64,000 bases of DNA from Octopus sinensis (lineage: Eukaryota): assembly GCF_006345805.1 (NCBI RefSeq), contig NC_043006.1, forward strand, positions 27,590,001-27,654,000, read 5' to 3'. Made by a program: the position numbers and the translations under genes. Within the stretch, counting starts at the first letter, position 1; every line of letters starts with the position of its first letter. The notes below the pieces were generated by a model that was not told the DNA's origin, searched no databases, and saw only the letters and a list, made by a program, of their open reading frames with translations. Shown in pieces: positions 22,100-36,888 of the stretch.

Positions 22100-25000
22100 A
22101 AACACATTTTGCATACATTCAACATTTTATTCACCATAAGATTAAAAATCACAATGCTTAAATCACCAAAATAATTCTGTTGTACATTTGAAACTGTCTT
22201 AAGAAATAATTAAATATTCTAGACATTAAAAACATTTTGATTGGATCAAAATAAATAAATTGAGAATAGGATTACTTGAGTTTAATACAGAAATGAAATT
22301 GATTACATCTCTTGATAGTATAGAGAAGATATGCTATTGTGTCATATTTTCTTGGTCAACACTAGTATGGCTAGTTTTTTTGTCATAATCTTGCTAGATA
22401 GATTTTGAATTTGAATTTTAAAAGGATAACTAGTAAAATTTTGAGAGGTAAAAAAAACCAAGATTCTCACCCAGTTTTTTTTAACATAAAATAAAGAATA
22501 AAATAGTTTGATTAAGCCGTAGCTTGTGTTCAGTCGGTACAACCTCTGGTGTCACTGCCCCTTCCAGGGCTCACACCTAATTCACAGCCAACCTGAAGGC
22601 CTTCAGTTTGAACTAAACATATAATTTTCTTTAATTTCTGTTCATATCTATTTTTACAGGCTAATCTAGGTTGGATGATTTCTGCAAATTTATATATTTG
22701 ATATTTGTACATTGTTGGAGGTTACTGTTGAATATCTGTCTAATCACCACCCATTAGCAATGGGACCCATATGCTATTGAGGCACATTAAAGCAAACAGT
22801 TATCTATCATGCCCAGGGACAAACACATTGGTCTATAAATAACATTTTATCTTGTGACCATATGGTTACTAGATTATCTCATGTCTATGCAGTCAATAGA
22901 TTATCAAGTTGATTTTGTAGCCTTTGTACTTCATAAACAATGAAAGGTAAATGAAATATGAAATAACTGGATAAAAATACTGTAAATACATATGTATATA
23001 TTATCTAAACCTATTTATTAGTTAATTATGGCTTGAAAACAAAAGAAAAACAAATGGGAAAACATGAAAATGTCTTTATAAATTGAGAAATAAGGAACAA
23101 ATTTACCTTATAGCTAAAAGGAGGTTGGCAAAAATAGAAAATGAATTCATAATAAAGAACACAGAACATTGGTAAAGTATGATCCTTCAACAAATAAAAT
23201 GATGAAAACAATGAAAAAAAATTCAACATTGAATTTAATGGTTCAATACCATGAATATTGAAGAATTTAGGAAGCCACTTCATTTCTAGTTCTCCTTAAC
23301 CTAAGAATTAATGGTTTTAGCAAAGGCCTGCAATTTTAGGGGAAAGGGGTGTTGGTTATATCAACTCCAGTACTTGAATTGGATTCTATTTTACCAACCC
23401 CAAAAGGATGTAAGGTAAAAACTGACCTCAGCAGGATTTGAATGCAGAACTGTAAAGAACCATAAGAAATGCTGCAGAGCATTTTGTCTGATACTTTAAT
23501 ATTCTGTCAGCTCATCACTTTAAACTAAAAATGAATAAAGTTTGAAGAAAACATAACCTACACAGATATATATTTATCAGAGGTGGCTTTTGTATTAATA
23601 AGCCAAAAGAGTAGTAAGTTTGTACGAAACTAATTTAATTTTATTCTTTTATATATAAAGTTGTTCTGGGTTTCACTTCATCTTTTTCATAATTTTGATA
23701 GCTGATTCAAAACAGCAAAATGGTAACGAACCTTACAATCACATGAGAAGATGAGCAACCTGTATAAGCACATATAAACAAAAATCTAAACAGAAATGAA
23801 AAACAAATAAAAACAATCATTCATTTCCATTTACTATTCTAGAATCTTTAATCTTAAAAATTTTCCAAACTGACATCCAAAAAAACAACAACAAAAAACA
23901 AAAACAAAAAAAAGCAAAAACCCCCCAAAACAAGAAGTTGAAAATAAAAGAAAGAAATATAGGGTAGAGATGAAGACTAACGCTGGTGAAAGAATATCTA
24001 GCTTTAATTGTTCTTTATATTGGTAACATTTCAAAATAGAAATTGTTTACTGAGGAAAAACATATTGTCAATAACAAAAAGAAAAAAACAATTTTTGAAT
24101 CCAAATGGGAGAAGGGGGTTAAAAGATTAATGAAAGTAGTTTTTTTTTTGTATGTCTGTCAGTCAGTCTTTGTTATGCGTGTCTAACCTTGTAATGTTTG
24201 CATGTCCATCTGTCTGCCTGGCCGATGTCCACATGTTTCTCCTTGCTTTCTGTGTGTGTATTTGTATGTTTGTTTGTCTTTATGTTTCCATGTCCATCTT
24301 TCTGTATGCCTGTCCTTTCCCCTTGTTATGTTTGTACAATTAAAACATCTTACACATGTAACCAATGGCATCACAGTGTGTCCTTGGGCAAGATATATCA
24401 CTCTATCAAGAAGAGCTAAAACTCAACAACAGTTCCCAACTTCAGTTTATGTAAATATATAAAATTTCAGAATGATTCAAATTACACTAGCATGGGTAAA
24501 AAGTAAAACAAACTAGAAGAGGAAAACTTATATTGAATTATAATTTCTACAATAAGGAATTTATATAAAATTTTGCAATGATGCAACAATTGAGATTCTT
24601 GCCATTTCAAGTCAGCACAGAATTTTCTAAAGATTATAAACATTTATGATTCTATTTTTATTCTTATGAAGTTAAACAACAATTCACTGATATTTGAAAC
24701 AACTATGAGAGAATACTATTTTCTTTTAATAGTAGGGACAAATCTTTATCTAACAGAAAAGATGTATTTCTGATATAGGTATACTATATAACTACTCACA
24801 TACACAGTTATAAATAAGGAGTTCAGAACAGACTGGTAAAATATTCAGAGCTATTCAGTGCATTTTTATTTTTATTTTACCATTGGTAAAATTATTATAA
24901 TTAAATATATATAGTTACAAGTACATAAAGCTTAGAGCTATGTGAATTGCTTTACCTCAGCAACCATTGTTCCTGGAAAATCTTTATTTTTTAATAAATA

Positions 25001-28000
25001 GCAAATTTTCTAAGCCACCTAAGTCTGACATCTTATGTCTATTTTCTTTCATTTTCATCTTCACATTTTCTCTTCTAAATATTTTGTTTATATATTTGAA
25101 TATATTTCCACCTCCTAATTTCTCATTTCCAATGTATACTTTTGATACTAAAACTCTTCAATCACCAACATGGTTACTACAATACTGATATGATTGTACT
25201 CTATAAATGTTTATAAATATATCCAGCTGGAAAACAATCTAATTAGCATGGAACTTTAACTCATGGTAAAATAGTAACATTTAATTGCGATTTTATAAAT
25301 GCATTAGATATATATTACTATTTTTATCTACTACATTTAGCCTTATTTTTGTTTACAAATTATGTGTATGTTTAAGTATAGGTCTCATGTTAGCTTTCAC
25401 AACTGAGTGTTCCACTTGTTTGATCATATATACTATATTCAATGTTTTATAGTCTAAATGGCTATGGCTTCTACAGAGATCTGAAACCTTAATACAATCC
25501 TTCTACACACACACACTACGCTATGGTTCATAAGCTACAAAAAATAATAAAAATAAACATTTTAAATTTTCTATTTAAATGAATTCACTTCATTTCTGAT
25601 TGATCTTTGTATAAATTTTGGGAAAAATAAAATTACAAATAAACTAATTTTAGATATGAGAATAGAAAAATTAATTTTTAAAAAATGTGAAATTTAGATT
25701 TTCAGTTTAAGTAATACTTTATAATTTCATTTTTTAATAAGAACTAAGTAGTTAAGTGTATAAAATAATGATGTAAAGAATGCTTATAATTTATAACTAA
25801 GTTTTTTAAAATCCCCTTACAAGAGACTTTATTTTGTGTATTTTTGCAAGAAATGGAGAGTTTACATACACACAACTCATTAATGAGACAATATGTAAAA
25901 GAGAAAACCTAACTAGATCTTGGCAATTATCTATGTATCAATAAATATTTGGTATCATAGCTTTTCTGTTAGGGTAGGCAAATTTCCCACAAATTGCAAA
26001 ATTACAAATTTCTCAATGAATGGTAAAATTAGACTGATTTTAGTCAGTGGGTATCATTAAGAATAGAACAACCAGAACAACTTCTTTTCGGCACTTTTCT
26101 ATTCTATTTGGCAGGTAAATTTCACTAAATTTCTACAGATGTATTTATATATAAAGGAAAAACGAAATGAACAATGAAAAACCACTGTATCCTTATTTTA
26201 TTTCGAATAAGGGAAAATATATATAAAGAGAAAAATATATGTATATATCTATTTGTTTTTTTAATTAAAATGAGAGAGAAATTCAGTTGAAAAAATATAG
26301 CCCTTTAATAGTATAAAGGAGTCGATGTATTGAAATGATAGGCACTGTCAAATGAAGGGAATAAGTTAGGAAAATAGAGGAAATTTATGAGGAAAATTAA
26401 AGTACAAGGAAAAAAAAACCAAAGCTAAAATTTTGAGGAAGAAAATATCAACAATCAGGAGACACATAAATAAAACCCTATTAAAGAATACTTCTGGTAT
26501 GTGTAGGTTATTAAGATGGGGGGGAAGGCTGGGGTGGGTGGGGGAGAGGAGAACACAGTAAAAAATGGACGTGACTCAATACATAACCAATTTAGGATGT
26601 ATTGGTAATCCCATTGAAAACAAGAAAACAGTAGAAAAGATTAGGTCCATCCTATATAGGGGCAAGTTTATCAATATAGGAACCAACGCAACATAATTAG
26701 AATTCAAGACAAAGAAATATTAAAGTATTTGAAATTGTATTCAGAAATGTTGTATTACTAAAATATCAATTTAATCTAAATTATTGTTTATCAGAAACAA
26801 ACAAAGGAAAATAATAATAAAATTATTTCATTTAGATATTGCACTTTGTTTGAAATTTCAATTAAGTAAAATGAGAATTTTTCATTTAAGAAAATTATCA
26901 TCTTAAAAAACACTATTATAGAGCTTTATATTCTGTTGAACTGTAATCAGGTAGTTAATATAATTGATTCTAAAATGGTTACTTATATATTCCAAGAAAA
27001 ATGAAAATAATAGGCAACATATTGGTTATGTATTTTCAACAAATCCCAGCCTTCCATTCGATTCAGTCGTTGTGACCCTGCCTACACAGCTAGTTCAAGA
27101 GAGTAGGGGACACTTAACTCCCCATCTCCATATTACAATCGTTGTGATCCTGCCTCTACTGACAACAATGGTACCAATACCATCTAGATAGAGTGGTAAG
27201 GTGTTTGCTGTTTATCCTGCCTCCATCATATTTGGCCAGCTTTATGCAGATACAGAGGATAACAATATTATGGAAGAAGTTATTAGCTAAATATCAAAAA
27301 GGAGAGTGAGAGAAGAGATATATAAATGATACACAGATCAGCCAAGATCAATATTTTTTTTAGTTTTTTTTTTTACATTTTAATTAAATAAAATATGAAA
27401 AAAAAAGAGAAAAATAAAGAAACACTAACAACATTATGAAAGAATTATGGAGACTGAATTAAAATTTCTTGCAGATTGAGAGAAGTGAAATGAGAATATG
27501 TTCACATACTTTTCAGAAGAAACCATGAAGTGAAGTGAAGTGAAAATACTCCAACTCAGGATCAAAATTAGGTTGCAGAACTTACTGTATTATCCCACTA
27601 AAGGCCACTAAAAATACAAAACTTAGTTTTCAATAACTAACTACTTACACTGAAGTCCAAATATTTTATTTTTTATCTAGAATTAGTACAAGTATATGTA
27701 TATAGGTGTGTGTGTGCATGCATGCACATGGGTTTGTTTTTTGAAAAATTTAAACTAAATTTACTGCCAAACAGTAAAAAAGGGTTTAAGATGGAAAATA
27801 CTTTACTGAGTTGAAAACTATTGACAACAATAGCACAATTTCTACATAGATAAATTTATATGACCTAGTTAATACAATTACATTGTGGAAAAGTCGTGTT
27901 AACCATTTAAATACATCTGTTATTCTCATTTTATTTCTCAATACTACTATCACTAGAAAAATGAATACAAACTGTTTGCGTGTGCTTAAATGGCAAAAAT

Positions 28001-28947
28001 GACCAACACGATGCAATTATTTCCATTTCAAGAATGGATCGAGTCACTAGCTAACCAAGTACAACTCATATATATATATATCATATTATAGTCTGTTATA
28101 TTATATCATAGAAGTCAAAAATTATTATTTTACCAGATTGTACAAGTTGAAACTAAATTTTAATTTTAGCACAAAATTGGAAGTGATAAAATGTAGTCAT
28201 GTGTACCCCTAAGTTTTACAATCAAAATTAGTAAGATTTTATATGAAGAAAACTAAGTTTCTTAATGTGTGTGAGAAATAATGAAAAATTGTTTTCCACA
28301 TGTGGCACAAATAAAATTGTGGAAACAGGACTATATCTAACATAACTGAAAATATCTTGAAATTCATTCAGAAAATTTACTTGTATTGCACATAGTTTAT
28401 TCAGACTAATACATTAAAAATATTTCTTAGTAGACTAAGAGATCAATGTCAAATGTTTAGGATTACTGTCCAAGAAAAATGAAAAGTTTCAAGAGGAAAA
28501 GCAGTCACCTCCATGGAGGTAACAACTAAATACCACAATTATTTTGTTCATCATTCTGCCAACTACTAACCTTTGCATCATTATAAACAACTATATTAAT
28601 GAAAAGTATTCTGGAAATTAAAGTATTTTCTCATAATTTACTGGTGTGAAGAGTTAAGAAAAAAGAAAAAAAATTCTTTTCTAAAACATTTGATCACTAA
28701 TGAAAATCCCAAATTAATAATGTTAATTGAATAAATATCTAAGGGGAAAACATCAGATCAGTATTTTTTTACTGTGACTGTTTAAATGCAGCAGTGAAAG
28801 TATGACTGTAACCAAAAAAGAGAAAGAATAACAACAATGGCAACAACAACAACAATTCATGAGGGTATGTTACTAATTTTAGTAGCAGCATATCAACTAC
28901 TGGATCTGTGACGATGATACAAGGCCCAGCACTACAACAGTAATAGC
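22100..28947 (-). other. Putative long 3' UTR of the V-ATPase a gene
   Basis: Directly downstream of the stop; markedly poor in transposons; AATAAA (minus strand) at 22126-22131 followed by a GT/T-rich tract. The end point is inference. Confidence 0.4.
23320..23520 (-). mobile_element. Decayed MetaSINE-like SINE
   Basis: Aligns by eye with 8577-8790. Confidence 0.7.
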
Positions 28948-29041
28948 TCATTCATCACCTCCATAATCCAAAATGTGTTCAAAAGAGAATGGCTGAAACA
29001 GATATCCAGAGCCTTGATAAAATTTGTTCTGGAATTCAACC
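28948..29041 (-). CDS. ATP6V0A1: V-ATPase subunit a, terminal coding exon (W)VEFQNKFYQGSGYLFQPFSFEHILDYGGDE*
   Basis: ttttcag acceptor; conserved VEFQNKFY; TGA at 28948. Confidence 0.95.
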
Positions 29042-29170
29042 CTGAAAATAAAAGAAAAAATAAACAAATATAGATACAAATGCGCACACATAAGTGTAAA
29101 GTCAAAAACAATAAGACAAAATATGATGAACATATAAATGTGTGCGTGTGTATATATATATACACACACA

Positions 29171-29581
29171 CAGTGATTAGGCAAAATAATGGAAACACCT
29201 AGCATCATAATTTTGAAATATCTCAAGATGATAATGCACCAATTCACACAGCTAAAGTTGTTACTGAATGGCATGAGGAACAGTGAAGCTGAACATCTTA
29301 TCTGGCCAGCACAGTCCCCAGATTTCAATATTATTGAACATTTATGGTGCATTTTAGAAAAATAAGTAAGGAGTCAATATCCTCCCCCATCATCACTACA
29401 AGAACTGGAGACTGTTTTAGCTGAAGAATGGACAAAAATTCGTTTGGAAACAATTCAAACTTTGTACAAATCCATACCTCATAGAATTCAAGCTGTAATT
29501 ACTGCCAAAGGTGGTCCTACCCATATTAAAATAAATTTGTTTGAAATTTTAAGGTATTTTCATTATTTTGTCCAACCCCTA
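29171..29581 (+). mobile_element. Internally deleted Tc1-like (DD34E) transposon
   Basis: TIRs cagtgattaggcaaaataatggaaacacct / aggtattttcattattttgtccaacccct; QDDNAPIH and WPAQSPDFNIIEHLW motifs. Confidence 0.85.
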
Positions 29582-29945
29582 TATGTATATGTGTGTGTGT
29601 GTGTGTAAACATGCATACAAGCAACAATATAATAAAAAATCAGATATTATTTTGATTCTGCTTTCATCTTAAACACTACAACATGTAACATTGTCACCAC
29701 TTTATAATGCTGAATTCGTAGGAAATCTAGCCACATTTGACTGAGGTTATAGCGAACCTCTTAATAAGGACTTTCTCTATATAAACTATTGTTTTATAAA
29801 GGGTGTGGTTAGTGGCTTGGAGACTAAGCAGTTTCAAATGAAAAACAATTGCAAAGTTAATGAATTCATTAAATTTATATATTTATCTTATTAGAAACTT
29901 ACTGAAATAGAAATTATGGAAAAATATAATATATATTTGCCTTAC

Positions 29946-30117
29946 CAATGTAATCGAAGAGCATGAAGGAAGGCTGATAACCCTTCCATCACCAATAAAA
30001 CTGTTACTGTGAGAACTGCCCATAATGGAAATATCATAAACGTCATAATAACTCCACCATAACCTGACTGGTTTAAAGCTTTTCTCATCACCATCGTCCA
30101 TAATACTTCAGACAACT
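29946..30117 (-). CDS. ATP6V0A1: V-ATPase subunit a exon (Q)LSEVLWTMV...[14 protein letters not shown](W)
   Basis: 172 nt, AG/GT boundaries, phases 1/2 match the neighbouring exons. Confidence 0.95.
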
Positions 30118-31647
30118 CTAAAATAAAAAATAATGAATAATTAAACAAAACCATTATTTTTATGTCTATTTTTCAATGCTAACAAAGGCTAGATGAGCCA
30201 TCTCACTTCATGTCCTTTGGCACACACAGCAATAGAGGAAAAAAAACTAACTGTGGTGTTGTGTATGTCTTATAGTGTACACTGCATGCATTTTACCATG
30301 GCACCAGCAGCAAAGATGGTATCATGTGAGCTGGACTAGACACTTCATCCTTCTAATTACTATTGAGTTTATATTCAGAGTTACTGTTCTCTAAAACAAG
30401 TATTTTTATTACCACTTAAACTAAAAGAATTTTTATACATAATTTATCACAGGAAAAATAGATAATAGTATACTCCAACAGAGGCTGGAGCAGGTAAAAG
30501 GCATAGTATTATGTCTGTTAAGGGAGGAGGGAAGCCTTACATTGATTGCCTCAGTTTAGTATCATAGTAATAGGTGGTGTGAATTTTGCTACCAAGTGGG
30601 GTATTATTGTATTCATGAATGGAACTAAGTAGGGCTAAGAGACTAATAGCGGTTTCACTTGTACTGTTAGGATAAGGGGTGGAACAATCATCAACATGTG
30701 CAACTATTTAGTGAGAAAGAGGAAGTATGATAATGACAGACTCTAAAATAGAAAAAATAAATTAAAACAAAATTTTTTATTTTGTTTCAACAATACATAA
30801 AAAGGTACATTGGTTAAATGTATGTGCAGCCATCACCCATATATATTATCATCACATTTATCTAATCTAGATAACAGTGATAAATATTATATTAATATTT
30901 ATTATAAGTGACCATAGGAGAGCCTGCCAGGCTAATGAGATTAATATATTCAGCTTGAAAATCTATAAGTCATTTTCAGAAGAAAAATATTTGAACCTGG
31001 AGGATTACAATTGTGAGGTGTAAGGATTAGGTAAGGCATTTGGTGTAGGTCACTACAAGATGAAACAGATGAAGAGGGTATGCAGGTAGTTAAGAGCAGA
31101 GGCAATTGTTGTTGTGATAAATAGACAAAGAAAGGGATAACTGTGTTAGTGATTAATTCTTGTTCATGACTGATCCATTACCAATCAGTCAAACAGCTGT
31201 ATTGGGGGATTTAAAAAAATGTTATTTAGGATGTGTGGAAGTACAACAGTATTTCAATGAGGGTTTTAGTAGAATTTTATAAATAACCAGTTAAGTAACC
31301 AGGGTGGTCTAAGCATTTGAAGATATTTTGACTTTAATTATGTGTTGTCTATGACCAGAGGGACTGAGGTTATAAAACACTTTCCTTGAATTGCTCTATA
31401 AAATGACCCTCTCTAGGTCTCTTTTCAAGGATCTAATGTAAACTGTACATTATATTTAAGGAAACACTGAACAGAAATATAGTGACATTTTAAACACATA
31501 CTTGCTCTACACAAAAATACTCTCAGGTTTTCTGTCCATAGGTTTAGTGTGAATTATCCATTAAAACTAATGTCTACCCAATGAAACAACAGACAGAAAT
31601 ATATCAGTTATATCAGTAAAATGTAAGAAACAAAAATTAACACTTAC

Positions 31648-31768
31648 GTGCATGAGCTAAACTCAGTGCCCAGAGTCGAAGATAGGAAGCTGTATTTGAA
31701 ATACAACTTAAAGAATATTCAATGGTATGGATAGCTTGATGAATCAGAGTATCAGCAAAATCGAAGTC
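31648..31768 (-). CDS. ATP6V0A1: V-ATPase subunit a exon [40 protein letters not shown] (TM7 with the essential Arg)
   Basis: 121 nt, ttttcag acceptor, GTAAGT donor; invariant family motif. Confidence 0.95.
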
Positions 31769-33339
31769 CTGAAAATTGGCAAATGAATACATAAATACAT
31801 AGAAACAACATTTAAATAGCCAATATGTAAAGCATATTTTTTCATGTGATAATTTTTTTTTTTTTTAAGTTGAAGGCAATCAGATAGCTTATAATTTACA
31901 AATTGTTACTGTTAATTTGCTTCAGTTTTATTTATGAATAAATGAAGAAGTTAATGAAAGAAAAAGAGAAAGAATCTCTGGCAGAATAATAGTTAATTTT
32001 TATGTTAAAAATGGATGCAATTATAGGCAGATATCCTCAACACTGACAACATCAAAATACAACAATTAAAACTAAAAAAAAAAACTGCTACATACAACAA
32101 CATGCTACTTTTCCTATCTTGGCTTTCAGCTCTAAATATTTGTGTGCAATCATGCATGACAAATAAGGATTCAATTTGTAGAAATAATAACATATGTTGA
32201 ACTTTTTTTTTCTAAGTGTTATGAAAAACTTTCTTAATTGCACAGTGCAGATATACTTACCTGTAATATTTCTGTAAATAGAAACTTATAAAGGAACATG
32301 AGGGTTGTTTGAATTTCCAAAGGAAATGAGAGAAAAGAACGTATACATTCGTTTATATTTCTTATTTAAACACTAATAATTGTTTTACTTAGTAATGCAA
32401 GGAGTAGCAAGTGACTGACAAATTAAATAACCATAAATGATTGGATTTAGTTTGAGTTTAAGTAAATAAGGGTATAATCAGGTTTTGGTATATATTTGAG
32501 CTTGTGTATAAAATTGTCAGACAAGATGTCTTGTAGTATTTGCTCCAGCTCCTTATGTTCTGAGTTCACTAGGAAAACACAGATACCAAGCTATATCAAC
32601 CTTTGCCTTTCCTTGGAAAACATCAATGGCATGGAGAGGATCTTCCCAGCAGCAGATATGCAGTCAATTCTGACCAATAATGGCCTTAAATAGAAATGCA
32701 GCAAAAATTAATGTTTAGATGACAATTCTACTATATAATATGAATTATGAATAGATCATGGTAATTAAAGGGCAGTTACTTTTCAAATGAACCTAGAAAG
32801 CATACAAGTTATATATTGAGATGATCTGCAATGAAATGGCAACCAATGGTTAAGTTTACTCCACTTCTATGTTACTTAGAACTTTCTAGTTTTATTTTCA
32901 GCATGCACTTCAGTTGTATTTGTACAACAATTTATCAAGCTGTAACGCAAGTACCAATGTGAGCCAATAAGATGGCTTTTATGCGGTCACTTGACTTGCT
33001 AGAAACCTCCACCAAGAGGTACCTTATCAGCTTAGGAAAAAGGTAACACATATTGGATAATACAGTCCCCAGATACACTTGTTCATTCCTTTACATCTGT
33101 TTGTTCAAGCTAGTATAGGCTGAATGGTAAATTATTTGAGGCAAATCTTGCAGCTGGATGTTTCCTGTCATCAAGCGTTACTCATTTTTTAAGTAGGGGA
33201 TCTTTTGTTTTGCTTGTCTTTGAAAGTACACAGTGACAGGATGAACTGTCAACAGGGAATATAAATATGACAATCATGCACAAACAATAGGAATACACAT
33301 ACATATATACAAACATATACATATATATATATATATATA

Positions 33340-34391
33340 CAGGGTGCATAAGATATTTGAGGACAGATTTATGTTTATAAAAAAAAAGATATAAAATAAC
33401 AGATAATAACTTTATTTATTAAAATATGCTATGAGGATAAAAATAAACCTTCTTTTCTATAATATTATTCAATAGTCACCTTCAGCTTCAACAACTGCTT
33501 CTATATGATATCTAAAGTATCTACATGCTCAAATCAAATGGTCCTGGTTCATTTTGGACATTAATCTGACTATGGCAGCTTTCAAAGAATTTTTGGTGTT
33601 ACGGGCATGTTCATTGGCCTCTCTCTCAACAATGCTCCACATGTAATAGTCCAATGGATTGGAATCTGGGGAATTAGGAGGCTAAATGTTAGGGGCTATG
33701 AGATCATGAAAATTTTCAGCCATCCATTCTTGTGTTACTAGAGCCATGTGTGATAGTGCAGAGTCTCACTGAAACATATATGGCCTGCCATTGTATACAC
33801 TTGTTGATCTTTGTCAAAGTTTTTCTCGTTTGAGAAAAAAACAAATCAAATCTTCTGCTGGATTTTTCAGTTTGTTTAAGAGCCTTTGAGATCTGATGAA
33901 GTGATTTTCTTTTGTTTTTTCTGACATAAATTGACCTTTCCTTATCATATAAGACCTATATATGATGTCTTTGTGGACAACATTTCTGACTGTTCCTTCT
34001 GACACATGGAGATCTTTTGTAATTGACCTCATGGACTTTCTGGAATTGTAATCAATGGTCTGTTGAACTTGCTGGATAAATTCAGGTATTCTGATGATCT
34101 CAGAGTGTTTAGAATGCTCTCTGTGCTTTGATACTGGTGATACGTTTCCATCTTCAGTCTCTAACTCCTTACAAACTATGTACACAAAAGATCTAGCAAC
34201 TTTTAAAAATCAAGATATTTCTAAATTGCTATGCCCAGCCTCTATAACCACAATAACATCATGCTTCTTCATTTCTTTAGTAAACTAAAGGTCTGCCATA
34301 ATTATTTTCTGAAATAAAGATGATAAAGAATTAGAAAAAAATGCAGCAATGACCAAAAAAAGTTATGTCCTCAAATACTTTATGCACCCTG
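33340..34391 (-). mobile_element. Decayed Tc1/mariner element (DD37D/maT-like) with intact TIRs
   Basis: TA|cagggtgcataagatatttgaggaca ... tgtcctcaaatactttatgcaccctg|TA; HTH (SMRSITKDLHVSEGTV) and PPNSPDSNPLDY motifs. Confidence 0.85.
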
Positions 34392-34408
34392 TACATAGAT
34401 ACATATAC

Positions 34409-34454
<46 letters not shown>

Positions 34455-34770
34455 ATGTACGTACACACACACACACATTTCTTTACACACATATTTTCTC
34501 TTTTTCTGCTTTCATCGATTTCCATGGCTCTCTGATGCCATCTAATTCTATTATTATGAATTTGAACTGGGAGCTCAAGTCATAGTGAATCTTTCATTAG
34601 CTGATTACACAAACTCGGATGTCACCCCTATGGATGTGTTGCACTTATTCTCTTCATACAGATCTCCACACTGCTGATCTAGTAGTTGTCTGCTCAGCAT
34701 AATGTAAGAAGCACTGTTGGCTCAGATGAACTCTTCCACTACCTCATCACAATTTGCAATATATATATAT

Positions 34771-34815
<45 letters not shown>

Positions 34816-35049
34816 ATATATGTTGTTGCTATTATGCAAAAGTGCATAATAGCAACAAATGTTGCTTTTTCGGAAAATGATAAAAGTTTAACCATTATAT
34901 AGCAAAACTGTTGTATTACACTTTGACAATTTTTGATATCTTGGCATCTGAAGCAGCTGGAGATAAAAGAACCAGCTACTACAAGCAAAAATAAATATTG
35001 AAAAAAAATGCATTTGGCAAAATTTGAACATTCGACAGTTTAACATAAT

Positions 35050-35595
35050 AGCAATGATATATCAGGCCATTAAGAATGAAATGTCCGATTTTGAACTGAA
35101 AGTTAATTTTACTTTATCTCAACAAAAAGCAATGCAGTTAATCAAAAAATGCACCTAAATTATCAACACAATCTTGCCATTTTATCGGTAGCTTATTTAT
35201 GCCAGCAGCGAAGAATTCTGGAGAGCAAGAGGTGATGAGATCACGAAAGGCTGCTTTTGCATCTTCTAAAAGTTGTCCAATGCCTGGAAAATGTGATAGT
35301 CAATTATTGCAAGGTCTGGTGAATATGGAGGATGACAGAGTACTTCCAAGTTCAGTTCTTGCAGCTTGAGTAGCGTTCTTTGTGCAACATGTGGTCGAGC
35401 ATTGTCTTGCAAGAGAATTGACATATCTCTATTGACCAATCTCAATTGTTTAATTGCAAGTCCACTCATTATTTCATCCAACTGATTGATATATACATCC
35501 ACTGTAATTGACATACCAGGTCTCATGAGGCTGTAGTGGATGACACCAGTGCTGGACCACCAAACAGACACCATTAGCTTTTTTGGTGAATACTC
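35050..35595 (-). mobile_element. mariner (DD34D) transposase 3' fragment
   Basis: KKLMVSVWW...LLQDNARPHVA...HPPYSPDLA..DYH. Confidence 0.85.
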
Positions 35596-36455
35596 CCTAT
35601 TAACTTTCCTCTGATGTTGCTGCACTGCTTATGTGTCCAAAGCTTACACCGGGTACAGCTTATGGAGTTTCTGCCTATGCCTTTTCTACAGATTGAGCAG
35701 GGCTGTCTACCTGAAGGGATTTGTAATTTGTCTACTTTCCTACTTACTAAGACATTGGTTTTTGCTAGGTTGACTCTAAGGCCCTTCAATTCTAGACCTT
35801 GCTTCCACACCTGAAACTTCTTTAGTTCTGGTAGTGATTCAGCTATAATAACAAGGTCATCAGCAAAGATGGGCTCCCAGGGGCAGCCTGTCTTGAATTC
35901 CTCTGTTATTGCCTGGAGGACTGTAATGAACAAGAAGGGGCTGAGGACTGATCCTTGATGAACCTCTACTTGTACCATGAATTCTTCATTATATTCACTG
36001 TCAACCCTCACCTTACTGACAGCATTCCTGTATATGGCTTGTACAGCTCTCACCAACCACTTGTCTACCCCTAGTTTCCTCATTGACCACCAGATAAGGG
36101 ATCAGAGAATCTTGTCAACAAAGCCCAAGTGCAGAGGTTTAGCTTTGGCTAGGTATTTCTCCTGCAACTGTCTAACCAGAAATATAGGATCAGCAGTGTT
36201 TCTCCCTGGCACAAAACAAAACTGTATCTCATCTAAACTAACTCCCTCCCTAATTAGTTGGGCTATGACCCTCTCTGTAACTTCTATCACCTGATCCAAC
36301 AATTTGATACATCTGTAATTATTTCTAAGGTGTCATCTTTACCCTTCTAGCAGTTGACTATGGTGCTGCTACACCAGTCATTGGGTATGACTCCTTCATG
36401 TACCACCTGGTTAACTATATGGGTGACTAGACCATAACCTACACTGCCAGATATT
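35596..36455 (-). mobile_element. RTE-LINE RT fragment abutting the mariner
   Basis: LDQVIEVTERV, VHQGSVLSP, FADD and the start of the PHD-like Cys motif. Confidence 0.9.
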
Positions 36456-36839
36456 ACAGCATATACAATACTGACCTACAAATGTTTTAACTGCAGGACT
36501 GCATATTACTCTGTATGCAATTATGCATACTAGTCACTGCAATTTCATCAAGGATCCATCACTTATGATGTTTTCAAAGTGAACTGGTTCAAACAAGCAT
36601 CCTGAATACCATTCTCCTCTTCATTATCAATTATATACTCTATGAAGTATTTGCAGTACTGAATAGGAACACAGAACCACTCAACAAGTGAAGCTTACCA
36701 GTATCAGTATCTCTATTAAACTTGAGTGCTATGTAACTGGAGCATCGTGGTGGATAGCCAGCATCTCTATCAATTTGTGAGATAATATGGTATCCACCAG
36801 GATAATCTATCATTTTTATACTCTCTATCTCTCACTATG

Positions 36840-36888
<49 letters not shown>

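Noticed and set aside
26517-26550. G-quadruplex-like tract in the putative 3' UTR
   Set aside because: It is on the template strand (the mRNA would be C-rich) and nothing else supports a function.
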